DNA of 64,000 nucleotides. It comes from an uncultured Rhodobacteraceae bacterium. GTDB lineage: Bacteria > Pseudomonadota > Alphaproteobacteria > Rhodobacterales > Rhodobacteraceae. The stretch is taken from positions 132,676 through 196,675 of the forward strand of contig CANMTD010000005.1 in assembly GCA_947500775.1 (NCBI GenBank). Direction: 5' to 3'. Position numbers and translations under genes: made by a program. Within the stretch, counting starts at the first letter, position 1; each line of letters begins with the position of its first letter. Of the stretch, positions 39,526 to 47,987 are shown piece by piece. The notes under the pieces were generated by a model. The model was not told where the DNA came from and did no database searches. It was given only the letters and a program-made list of their open reading frames with translations.

Positions 39526-40515
39526 CTAAAGCTTCAGCCGGTCGGCCTGGCGCGCGACCTCGCCCGTGACGCGGACCAGTTCGGCGCTGATCCCCGGTTC
39601 CGACAGGGCGTGCCCCGCCACCGGCACCATTTTCAGCGTGGCATTGTCCCAGCCTTCGGCCAGCCGCCAGGCCGAGGTCGGCGGGCAGATCATGTCGTAA
39701 CGCCCCTGTACGATGGTGGCCGGAATATCGGCGATGCGCGGCAGATCGTGCAGGATCTGTTCGTCCCGGTCCAGCCAGCCGCCATGCTGGAAATAGTGGT
39801 TTTCCAGCCGGGCAAAGGCGCGGGCGTATTCGGCGGGCGCCTCGCCCACCGGGCCTTCGTGGCTGATCGAGGCAAGCGCGTTTTCCCACGCGGCCCAGGC
39901 GCGCGAAAACCGGGTCTCTTCGTCGCGGTCGCCGGAAAACAGCCGTTTGTGATAGGCACCGATCATGTCGTGCTGTTCATCGGCGGGGATCATCCCGGCA
40001 AACCCGGCCCAAAGATCGGGCCAGAATTTACCGGCGCCGCCGCCATAGAACCAATCCAGTTCGCCTTGGGTCATCAGGAACACGCCGCGCAGCATCAGAT
40101 AGGCAACGCGGTCGGGGTGGGCCTGCGCATAGATCAGCGCCAGCGTGGCACCCCAGCTGCCGCCGAACACCGCCCAGCGCGCAATGCCCAGCGTTTCGCG
40201 GATCAATTCGATATCGCGCACCAGATGCCATGTGGTGTTGTCCTGAACGCTGGCATGGGGCCGCGACCGGCCGCAACCGCGCTGATCGAACAGCACGATC
40301 CGGTACACCGCAGGGTCGAAATAGCGCCGCATCGCCGGGCTGCAACCGCCGCCGGGGCCGCCGTGCAGCACGACGACCGGAATGCCATGGGGATTGCCGC
40401 ATTGTTCGACATAGACCCGGTGCCCCTGTCCCACGTCCAGCATCCGCTGGTCAAACGGGCCGACCGGGGGGTAAAGATAATGCGCTGCGCGCTTTTGGCC
40501 TGCGGCTTTGTCCAT
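39526..40515 (-). CDS. pip: Prolyl aminopeptidase (proline iminopeptidase)
   Basis: Alpha/beta hydrolase with VVVLHGGPGGG and the nucleophile elbow GGSWGATL. Confidence 0.9.
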   Translation of the reverse strand: MDKAAGQKRAAHYLYPPVGPFDQRMLDVGQGHRVYVEQCGNPHGIPVVVLHGGPGGGCSPAMRRYFDPAVYRIVLFDQRGCGRSRPHASVQDNTTWHLVRDIELIRETLGIARWAVFGGSWGATLALIYAQAHPDRVAYLMLRGVFLMTQGELDWFYGGGAGKFWPDLWAGFAGMIPADEQHDMIGAYHKRLFSGDRDEETRFSRAWAAWENALASISHEGPVGEAPAEYARAFARLENHYFQHGGWLDRDEQILHDLPRIADIPATIVQGRYDMICPPTSAWRLAEGWDNATLKMVPVAGHALSEPGISAELVRVTGEVARQADRLKL

Positions 40516-40587
40516 GAACGACCTATATAACGCTGTATGACGCTGTGACAGCGCGTTTTACACCAAAAGACAAGACCGGAGCCCGCA

Positions 40588-41334
40588 ATGCAAGCCGCCC
40601 AAAGCACAATCGACCCCGCCGAAGTGGCCAAATTCGAAGCCATGGCCGCCGAATGGTGGGACCCGAACGGCAAGTTCAAACCGCTGCATATGCTGAACCC
40701 CTGTCGGCTGGATTACATCACCGCGCAGATCGCCGCCGAATTCGACCGCGACCTGACCGGGCCCGCGCCCTTTGCCGGGCTGCGCCTGCTGGATATCGGC
40801 TGTGGCGGCGGGTTGCTGGCCGAACCGATGGCGCGGCTGGGCGCCGATGTGGTGGGCGCCGATGCCGCCGCGGGCAACATCCCGGTGGCGCAGGTGCATG
40901 CCGAACAATCCGGGCTGACGATCGATTACCGCCACACCACGGCCGAGGCGATGGCCGAAGCGGGCGAAACCTTTGACGTCGTGCTGAACATGGAGGTGAT
41001 CGAACATGTGGCCGATCCCGCCGCCTTTCTGGCCGCGTGCCGGCAATTGCTGAAACCCGGCGGGCTGCACATCTGTTCGACGATCAACCGCAATCCCAAA
41101 AGCTTTATGATGGCGATTGTCGGGGCGGAATTCGTGATGCGCTGGCTGCCCAAGGGCACGCATGACTGGCAGAAATTCATCACCCCCGACGAATTGTTCG
41201 CCCTGCTGGCGGGGGCCGGTCTGGACCCGGTGGACCGCAAGGGGTTCGTGTTCAACCCCATCGCCTGGAGCTGGTCGCTGTCGGACCGCGACCTGAGCGT
41301 GAATTACGTCACCGCCAGCGTGAACCCCGCCTAG
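40588..41334 (+). CDS. ubiG: Bifunctional 3-demethylubiquinol 3-O-methyltransferase / 2-polyprenyl-6-hydroxyphenol methylase
   Basis: Contains [27 protein letters not shown] and [11 protein letters not shown] (SAM motif I). 248 aa. Confidence 0.92.
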   Translation: MQAAQSTIDPAEVAKFEAMAAEWWDPNGKFKPLHMLNPCRLDYITAQIAAEFDRDLTGPAPFAGLRLLDIGCGGGLLAEPMARLGADVVGADAAAGNIPVAQVHAEQSGLTIDYRHTTAEAMAEAGETFDVVLNMEVIEHVADPAAFLAACRQLLKPGGLHICSTINRNPKSFMMAIVGAEFVMRWLPKGTHDWQKFITPDELFALLAGAGLDPVDRKGFVFNPIAWSWSLSDRDLSVNYVTASVNPA

Positions 41335-41774
41335 GCCGGATCGTCCAGTTTCTGGCGCAGCGCGCGCAGCACCGGCAGGGCGGCGCGGACCTCGTCTATG
41401 CCGACCTCGGCCACAAGCTCTTGGATAATCGGAGAGACCGAGGCGATGGCGGTATCGCGCGCGCGCCTGCCCGAGGGGCTGATCGCGACCATCTTGCGCC
41501 GGGCGTCGTCCCAATCGGGGCGGATATGCACATGGCCCGCCCATTCCAGTTTGCTGAGCGTGTTGGTCATCGCCCCGCGGGTGACGTGAAACGCCTGCGC
41601 CAGCTGGGCCGGGCTGCGTTCTTCATTCGTGCGGGCCAGATGGTTCAGCACGGTAAAATGGCTAAGCTCCATTCCCTTGGGCAACACCCGCGACAACCGG
41701 TTCCGGGCCAGCTGATCCGCCATGAAAATCTCGCCAAACAGCGAAACGGCAAGGGATTCGGAATCTTCGTTCAC
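41331..41774 (-). CDS. MarR-family transcriptional regulator
   Basis: 147 aa with a winged HTH ([41 protein letters not shown]). Confidence 0.85.
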   Translation of the reverse strand: MNEDSESLAVSLFGEIFMADQLARNRLSRVLPKGMELSHFTVLNHLARTNEERSPAQLAQAFHVTRGAMTNTLSKLEWAGHVHIRPDWDDARRKMVAISPSGRRARDTAIASVSPIIQELVAEVGIDEVRAALPVLRALRQKLDDPA

Positions 41775-42604
41775 CTGGGTCCATCAAACCTTTGATCATG
41801 GGTCAGCGCGGGCACACGGCCCCGAGCCTTTTCCACTTCTGACAGCGCAAGATCAACAAAAACCGTTTCAACACCGTCACCTGCACGGGCCAGAACCTCG
41901 CCCCAGGGGGCCACGGCAAGGCTGTGGCCATAGGTCTGGCGGGGCTTGCCGCGGGTGGATTTATGCGTGCCGCATTGGGCCGGGGCCAGCACGTAACAGC
42001 CGGTTTCGATGGCGCGGGCGCGTAACAGAACCTCCCAATGGGCGGCGCCGGTGGCGGGCGAAAATGCCGCAGGGACGGTCAGGACCTGCGCCCCGGCCTG
42101 CGCCAGCGCGCGGTAAAGATAGGCAAACCGCAGGTCGTAACAGATGGTCATGCCGATGGCGGCAAAGGGCGTCTGCGCCACAACCGCGCGGGTGCCGGGG
42201 CGATAGCCCGCCGATTCCCGGTAACTTTCGCTATCCGAAATCTGCACGTCGAACATATGCATCTTGTCATAGCGCGCCACGATCGCCCCATCCGGGCCGA
42301 TCAGGAACGACCGGTTGGCAAAGCGCCCGTCGGGGTCATCGGTTTTCAGGCCAAGCGAGCCGATCAACAGCCAGATGCCCAGCGCGGCGGCCTGTTCGCG
42401 CAGGGCGGCCAGCGTGGGATCGTCCGCTTCAAGGTGCAGAACTTCAATTTGGCGGGTGCGGCTGGCCGAAAGGCAATTGGTCACCTCGGGCGTCAGGACG
42501 AACCCGGCCCCCTGCGCCGCTGCATCGCTGATCCGGGCGCGGGTCACGCCCAGATTTTCCAACGGATCGTCGCTGGAATTCAGCTGCAACAGCGCCGCGC
42601 GCAT
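41771..42604 (-). CDS. Carbon-nitrogen hydrolase (nitrilase superfamily) protein
   Basis: Glu-Lys-Cys triad context, including GMTICYDLRFA. 277 aa. Confidence 0.85.
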   Translation of the reverse strand: MRAALLQLNSSDDPLENLGVTRARISDAAAQGAGFVLTPEVTNCLSASRTRQIEVLHLEADDPTLAALREQAAALGIWLLIGSLGLKTDDPDGRFANRSFLIGPDGAIVARYDKMHMFDVQISDSESYRESAGYRPGTRAVVAQTPFAAIGMTICYDLRFAYLYRALAQAGAQVLTVPAAFSPATGAAHWEVLLRARAIETGCYVLAPAQCGTHKSTRGKPRQTYGHSLAVAPWGEVLARAGDGVETVFVDLALSEVEKARGRVPALTHDQRFDGPR

Positions 42605-42607
42605 CCC

Positions 42608-42865
42608 TTAGGCCGCCAAAAGCGGGTCAAGCTTGCCGGACCGTTCCAGCGCGTGCAGTTCGTCACAGCCACCGATATGGGTGTCGCCGACAAAGATTTG
42701 CGGCACCGTATGGCGGCCACGGGCGCGGCCCAGCATTTCCTGCCGTTTTTCCGGCTGGCGGGACAGATCAATCTCGGTAAAGGTCACGCCCTTTGCGGTC
42801 AGCAACCGTTTGGCCATGTGGCAATAGCCGCATGTGGGCGAGGTATAGATTTCTACAGCTTTCAT
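42608..42865 (-). CDS. grxC: Glutaredoxin 3
   Basis: Begins MKAVEIYTSPTCGYCHMAKRLL (CGYC active site), with TVPQIF and GGCDEL. ATG at 42865 is preceded by an AGGAAG Shine-Dalgarno. Confidence 0.9.
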   Translation of the reverse strand: MKAVEIYTSPTCGYCHMAKRLLTAKGVTFTEIDLSRQPEKRQEMLGRARGRHTVPQIFVGDTHIGGCDELHALERSGKLDPLLAA

Positions 42866-42897
42866 CGCGCTTCCTGCATTCAAGGGACCACAGGTAT

Positions 42898-43623
42898 TTA
42901 GGTGTCTTTGGCCACCCGCGCCAGTGTCAGCACGAAAATCTCTGCCGCACCGGCGGCCAGACAGGCCTCGGCCCCGGCGGCCAGGGTGGCGCCCGAGGTC
43001 ATCACATCGTCGATCAGCAGAACCCGGCGCCCGGTCAGCCGCGCCCGGTGCTGCGGGTTTACCGCCAGGCTGCCTTGCATGTTTTCGAACCGGGCGGCGG
43101 CGCCCATTCCATCATGCACCTTGGTGCGGCGCGGGCGGATCAACAGATCAGAGCAGCATTCCAGCCCGGTCAGCCGCGCCACACCCTGCGCCAGCAAACC
43201 GGCCTGATTGTACCGCCGCCGCAACAACCGCCAGCGATGCAGCGGAATGGGCGCGACCAGAAGATCGGGCGACAGCAGCGGCGCGGCGGCGGCGGCCATC
43301 CAGCGGGCCGCCGGGCGGGAAAGTTCGGTACGATCCCCATGTTTCAAAGCCAGAATAAGCCGCCGGGCATTGTCCTTATAGATCAGCGCGGACCGCCCCC
43401 GCGCCCATGGCCGGGCGATGGTCATACAGTCATCGCAATGCACCGCCTCGCCCGGGTCGTCACCGATCAGCGGCACGCCGCACAGATCGCAGACCAGCCC
43501 GGAAATGAAATAAGTGTCGCGCCAACAGGGCCCGCACAGCGCGAATTCATCTTCCACCAGCGCGCCGCAGGACACGCATTGCGGAGGAAAGATCAGATGC
43601 AGCGCCCTTTGCATTCCCGCCAT
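42898..43623 (-). CDS. ComF-family phosphoribosyltransferase-like protein
   Basis: N-terminal Cys-rich zinc-ribbon (CVSCG...CGPC...CDLCG...CDDC) and PRTase motif VLLIDDVMTSGATL. Confidence 0.8.
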   Translation of the reverse strand: MAGMQRALHLIFPPQCVSCGALVEDEFALCGPCWRDTYFISGLVCDLCGVPLIGDDPGEAVHCDDCMTIARPWARGRSALIYKDNARRLILALKHGDRTELSRPAARWMAAAAAPLLSPDLLVAPIPLHRWRLLRRRYNQAGLLAQGVARLTGLECCSDLLIRPRRTKVHDGMGAAARFENMQGSLAVNPQHRARLTGRRVLLIDDVMTSGATLAAGAEACLAAGAAEIFVLTLARVAKDT

Positions 43624-43656
43624 TGCCTTTTACATATCCCACGAATTGCAGGAGTG

Positions 43657-44508
43657 ATGATGACCCAAGCCCCCGACCTGACCGACCGCATCGCATTGGA
43701 CCGGTTCCGCGACCGCGCGCTGTGTCACGCCGATCCCGCGCTGTTTTTGCACGAGGCCGCCGCCCTTGAGGTTCAGGAAAGGCTGGAATTGGTTAACAGA
43801 AGCTTTACGTCGCCCGCGATCGTGTCGCCTTTTCCATCGGTGTGGCGCGGGGCGGTGCCCGGCGCGGTGCATGTCCCCGATGACGAGCTTCTGGCGCTGG
43901 AACCCGGCGGCCATGATCTGGTGGTGCACGCCATGGCGCTGCATTGGGCGAATGATCCGGTGGGCCAATTGGTGCAATGCCGCCGCGCGCTGAAACCCGA
44001 CGGGCTGTTTCTGGGGGTGCTTTATGGCGGGCAGACCCTGCATGAATTGCGCGCCGCCCTGTCCGAAGCCGAGGCGGCGATCACCGGCGGGCTGTCGCCG
44101 CGCGTGGCCCCGATGGGCGAGATTCGCGATCTGGGAGCGCTTTTGCAACGTGCGGGCTTTGCCATGCCGGTGGCCGACAGCGCCCCGCGCACCGTCAGCT
44201 ATCGCGACATGTTCCACCTGATCGCCGATCTGCGCGCCATGGGCGAGGGCAACGCGCTGGCCCAACGCCGCCGCACCGCCACGCGGCGCAGCCTGTTCAC
44301 GCAGGCCGCACAGATATACGCGGACAGCTTTGGCACCGATGATGGGCGGATTCCGGCAACGTTCGAGACGATTTTCCTGACCGGATGGTCCCCCGCCGAC
44401 AGTCAGCCCAAACCGCTGCGCCCCGGATCGGCGCGCACCCGTCTGGCCGATGCGCTGAACACCGATGAACAGCCTTTGATCGACCCTGCGCGCCCAAGTC
44501 GCGATTGA
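43657..44508 (+). CDS. NDUFAF5-like methyltransferase-fold protein (glycine-rich SAM motif not evident)
   Basis: Contains MALHWANDPVGQLVQCRRALKPDGLFLGVLYGGQTLHELR, GGLSPRVAPM, DLGALLQRAGF, LRAMGEGNA and IPATFETIFLTGW. The first 288 codons of the track ORF (42793-) are antisense to comF/grxC and were trimmed. ATG at 43657 or 43660. Confidence 0.7.
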   Translation: MMTQAPDLTDRIALDRFRDRALCHADPALFLHEAAALEVQERLELVNRSFTSPAIVSPFPSVWRGAVPGAVHVPDDELLALEPGGHDLVVHAMALHWANDPVGQLVQCRRALKPDGLFLGVLYGGQTLHELRAALSEAEAAITGGLSPRVAPMGEIRDLGALLQRAGFAMPVADSAPRTVSYRDMFHLIADLRAMGEGNALAQRRRTATRRSLFTQAAQIYADSFGTDDGRIPATFETIFLTGWSPADSQPKPLRPGSARTRLADALNTDEQPLIDPARPSRD

Positions 44509-44563
44509 CCCACGACAAATACTGGTTATGTCCGTCAGGACGAATGCAAACAACGGGATTAGC

Positions 44564-45658
44564 ATGTCAGACGCCAAACCGAACGGACATCCGAAATTCA
44601 GCGAATTGCCCACGGCCGTCTGCCCGGCCCACGCCCAGCCTGATCATCCGAAAATTCCGCCCGCCAAGATCGGCATCCTGCTGGCCAACCTGGGCACGCC
44701 GGACGGCTATGATTACTGGTCGATGCGCCGGTATCTGAACGAATTCCTGTCGGACCGCCGGGTGATCGATTATCCGGCGTGGAAATGGCAACCGCTGTTG
44801 CAATTGATCATCCTGACCAAACGCCCGTTTTCGTCGGGTGCCGCATATAAATCGATCTGGAACGAAGAGGCGGGGGAAAGCCCGCTGATGACGATCACCA
44901 AGGACCAGACCGCCGCGATTGCCACCGAGATGGAAACCGCGTTCGGCGATCAAGTGATGGTCGATTTCTGTATGCGCTATGGCAACCCGTCGACCGAGTC
45001 GAAAGTCCGCAAGATGATCGACGCCGGATGCCAGAAGATCCTGTTTTTCCCGCTGTATCCGCATTACGCCGGGGCGACGTCGGCCACCGCAAACGACGAA
45101 TTCTTTCGCTCGCTGATGAAAGAGCCGTGGCAGCCGCCCGCGCGGATTGTGCCCGCCTATTTCGAACACCCGATGTATATCGACGCGCTGGCGAAATCGG
45201 TGGAAACCGCCTATGCCGCCGCCGAAAAGAAACCCGATCTGCTGATCTGTTCCTATCACGGCATGCCGACGCGGTATCTGATGCAGGGCGATCCCTATCA
45301 CTGCCAATGCCAGAAAACCACGCGGCTGCTGAAGGAACGGCTGGGCTGGGACGACACCCAGATCAAGACCACCTTCCAGTCGAAATTCGGCCCCGAGGAA
45401 TGGCTGCAGCCCTATACGGTCGAAGAGGTTGCGCGTGTCGCCCGCGAAGAAGGCAAAACCAACATCGCCGTCATCGCCCCGGCCTTTTCGGCCGATTGCA
45501 TCGAAACGCTGGAAGAGATCAACGAAGAGATCAAGGAAAGCTTTGAGCACGCAGGCGGCGAGGATTTCCTGTATATCCCCTGCCTGAACGACGACCCCGC
45601 GCATATTGCGGCGCTGTCACAGGTCATTCGCGAAAACCTGAAAGGCTGGCTGGACTAG
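44564..45658 (+). CDS. hemH: Ferrochelatase
   Basis: Contains IGILLANLGTPDG, YPHYAGATSAT and SYHGMP. Start could be ATG at 44564 or the upstream ATG at 44528. Confidence 0.92.
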   Translation: MSDAKPNGHPKFSELPTAVCPAHAQPDHPKIPPAKIGILLANLGTPDGYDYWSMRRYLNEFLSDRRVIDYPAWKWQPLLQLIILTKRPFSSGAAYKSIWNEEAGESPLMTITKDQTAAIATEMETAFGDQVMVDFCMRYGNPSTESKVRKMIDAGCQKILFFPLYPHYAGATSATANDEFFRSLMKEPWQPPARIVPAYFEHPMYIDALAKSVETAYAAAEKKPDLLICSYHGMPTRYLMQGDPYHCQCQKTTRLLKERLGWDDTQIKTTFQSKFGPEEWLQPYTVEEVARVAREEGKTNIAVIAPAFSADCIETLEEINEEIKESFEHAGGEDFLYIPCLNDDPAHIAALSQVIRENLKGWLD

Positions 45659-45686
45659 ATCCGGTTCAGGCCATGTGCCAGACATG

Positions 45687-45716
45687 AAAAAGGCGGTGGA
45701 AACCCACCGCCTTTTT
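45687..45716. terminator. Bidirectional Rho-independent terminator between hemH and the small peptide gene
   Basis: AAAAAGGCGGTGG-aaac-CCACCGCCTTTTT, a perfect stem with an A-run and a T-run on opposite sides. Confidence 0.65.
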
Positions 45717-45740
45717 GCATTCTGTGATCTGCGTCAGCGA

Positions 45741-45920
45741 TTAGCTGGAAGCAGCGGCCGCGATCAGGATCAGGGCCATCAGGGGCACCAGGATGCCGCC
45801 GTTGGAAGACGATGTGTCTTCAACAACAACTTCAGGCTCCATTACGGGCTCGGAGATGTTGCCAGCGAAAGCGGTCGAAGCAGCAACTGTCAGTGCAGCA
45901 GCAAGAGCAAGTTTCTTCAT
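45741..45920 (-). CDS. Small exported peptide (59 aa): signal peptide, acidic segment, Gly-Gly, C-terminal hydrophobic helix
   Basis: MKKLALAAALTVAASTAFAGNISEPVMEPEVVVEDTSSSNGGILVPLMALILIAAAASS. A strong GGAGGATAAA Shine-Dalgarno directly precedes the ATG at 45920. Confidence 0.55.
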   Translation of the reverse strand: MKKLALAAALTVAASTAFAGNISEPVMEPEVVVEDTSSSNGGILVPLMALILIAAAASS

Positions 45921-46061
45921 TTTATCCTCCAGGATCACCACGCCGATAAACTTTACACTTCGGCATGGCCTAAGCGTGTACCATGTAAACCCGTCTAATC
46001 AGCCTCTTGCGCGTTTTGCAATCTGCATTTTGGGCTGGACCAAACGGACCGGAAATTGTCG

Positions 46062-46670
46062 TCAAATAAGCAACACCTGAGTCCCGACCCTGGCATGGGC
46101 AAACAGCTCGGAGATATGTTCGTTGTACAGACCGATACATCCGTTCGACGACCGGCGCCCGATCTTGCGCGTGTCGTGGGTGCCGTGGATGCGGTAATAG
46201 GTCCAGGACAGGTACAACGCATGGGTGCCCAGCGGGTTTTCAGGGCCAGCAGGCACAAAGTCGGGCCATTCGGGGTTGCGCTTTTTCATTGACGGGGTCG
46301 GGCGCCATTCGGGGCCATCGACCTTGCGCACCACCGAGGTGCGGCCGCGGCGGGTCAGATCCTCGGACATGGGCACGCTGGTGGGGTAGAGTTTGTAGAA
46401 ATCACCACCCTGCGACCAGTAGTGCAGCGCGCGCGACGTGGTATCGACCAGGATCGCGCCCTTGTTAAGATTCGCAAAATAGGGACGCCAGTCCAGCGAT
46501 CTGAAACTGGAAATATTGTGGCGCACCTCATTGCCGGCGGAGGGTTCGGTCTGAGGCTCAAACACATTCGATTGCTGGGCAAGTGCGGGGGCGGCCAGCC
46601 CGCCGAAAACCGCAGCGGTCCCGGCAAGAAATGTCCGGCGGTCGGGTGTCTGGTGTAAACGGCGTTTCAT
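46062..46670 (-). CDS. L,D-transpeptidase (YkuD domain) with Tat-type signal
   Basis: Begins MKRRLHQTPDRRTFLAGTAAVFGGLAAPALA (twin-arginine-like). Catalytic HGT...SSNGCIGL. Confidence 0.85.
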   Translation of the reverse strand: MKRRLHQTPDRRTFLAGTAAVFGGLAAPALAQQSNVFEPQTEPSAGNEVRHNISSFRSLDWRPYFANLNKGAILVDTTSRALHYWSQGGDFYKLYPTSVPMSEDLTRRGRTSVVRKVDGPEWRPTPSMKKRNPEWPDFVPAGPENPLGTHALYLSWTYYRIHGTHDTRKIGRRSSNGCIGLYNEHISELFAHARVGTQVLLI

Positions 46671-46827
46671 ATCACACTCCTTTGAATGTCATTTGCAACG
46701 ATATTATGGCCGCAAAGCCGCAGTCGCAAATCAAACAAGCGCCATCCGGCAAAGATCGCCGCGAAGCGTTTGAACCGTGCAACGCTTGGCTGTACAGAGA
46801 AATCACTGAATTTAGGGTGGTACTGGA

Positions 46828-47367
46828 ATGATGCGTCTGCTTCTTGTTGTTTTTGTTGCCGCATTTGCGCTTGCAGGATGCGAAACCACGGTTCCGACGA
46901 CCACGGCAGACGGCAGGCCACTGCCAAAGGTTTATCGGATTTCGCCCCGCGATGCCGCGAAAATCCAGTTCCGGATGCTTGATTCGGTCAATACGTTGCG
47001 TCAGGCAAGCGGAGTTCCGCCGGTAAAGCTGAACGCCGAACTGAACGCCGCCGCCGCCACCCATTCGCGCGACATGTCGGTTCAGAACCGGCCCTGGCAT
47101 TTCGGATCGGATGGATCGTCGCCTTTGGACCGGGTCAGCCGCGCGGGATATTCCGGCACGCTGGGCGGGGAAAACATCTCGGAAACCTATGAGACCGAGC
47201 TGGAAACCCTGGCGGCCTGGATGGATCGGTCCGACACGCGGACCGTGATCCTTGACCCCAAGGCCCGCGATCTTGGATTTGCGTATTTTCAGGAACCAAG
47301 CGGCAAAATCTGGTGGACCCTGGTCACCGGCAGACCCGGACGGCCCGCCAACGTACCCGCATCTTAA
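46828..47367 (+). CDS. CAP/SCP-domain (cysteine-rich secretory protein family) lipoprotein
   Basis: Lipobox FALAGC. CAP core LNAAAATHSRDM...HFGSDGSSPLDRVSRAGY...GENISE...AAWMDRSDTR. Confidence 0.8.
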   Translation: MMRLLLVVFVAAFALAGCETTVPTTTADGRPLPKVYRISPRDAAKIQFRMLDSVNTLRQASGVPPVKLNAELNAAAATHSRDMSVQNRPWHFGSDGSSPLDRVSRAGYSGTLGGENISETYETELETLAAWMDRSDTRTVILDPKARDLGFAYFQEPSGKIWWTLVTGRPGRPANVPAS

Positions 47368-47882
47368 GGGTAAAGATCGATCGGGGTGCCATCGCGCACC
47401 ATTTCATAGATCTCTTCCATTTCCCTGTTCTTGACGGAAATGCAGCCCGCGGTCCAATCGTCGCCCCGGGCACGGCGGCGGTTCGGTTGACCGTGAATAA
47501 AGATGTCGCCGCCCGGTTTCTGGCCAAGCGATGCCGCCTTGGCCACATCCGCCGCATTGGGATATGAAATCCCCAACGACAGATAAAAGCTGCTGTTCAG
47601 ATTGCGCCGGTCGATGAAATACCGCCCCTCGGGGGTTTTGCCGTCGCCTTCGACCGTCTTGTGACCGGCCGGCGCATAGCCAAGGTCGATCTTATAGGCC
47701 TTCAACACCTGTCGTTGATGCATCAGATACATGCGCCGCCGCGCCTTCATCACCACGACCCGGCTGACCTGCGGCCCCCGATAGTTGCTGGTGCTGAAGG
47801 TTTTACCCGATTTGTTTCCCGCGCCACATCCCGTCAGGGTCAGTGCAGCCCCGGAGATTAGAAAACCGCGCCGTTTGAACAT
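47364..47882 (-). CDS. L,D-transpeptidase family lipoprotein (YafK-like)
   Basis: Lipobox LTLTGCG and YkuD catalytic region IFIHGQPN...WTAGCISV. Confidence 0.8.
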   Translation of the reverse strand: MFKRRGFLISGAALTLTGCGAGNKSGKTFSTSNYRGPQVSRVVVMKARRRMYLMHQRQVLKAYKIDLGYAPAGHKTVEGDGKTPEGRYFIDRRNLNSSFYLSLGISYPNAADVAKAASLGQKPGGDIFIHGQPNRRRARGDDWTAGCISVKNREMEEIYEMVRDGTPIDLYP

Positions 47883-47987
47883 TGCCTGTCTGCCTCGTAC
47901 CGTTTTTTGATATTTTGCGGGCTATATACGCGATTTTACGGCGTTTGGCATCTGAGATTTCCGTGTATCGCGGGGAAAAACGCCCCG

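Noticed and set aside
42793-43656. 5' portion of the 571-aa plus-strand ORF 42793-44508.
   Set aside because: This part is antisense to grxC and comF and is Gly/Arg/Pro/Gln-rich. The recognisable methyltransferase-fold sequence starts only at MMTQAPD (43657), directly after a GGAG Shine-Dalgarno.
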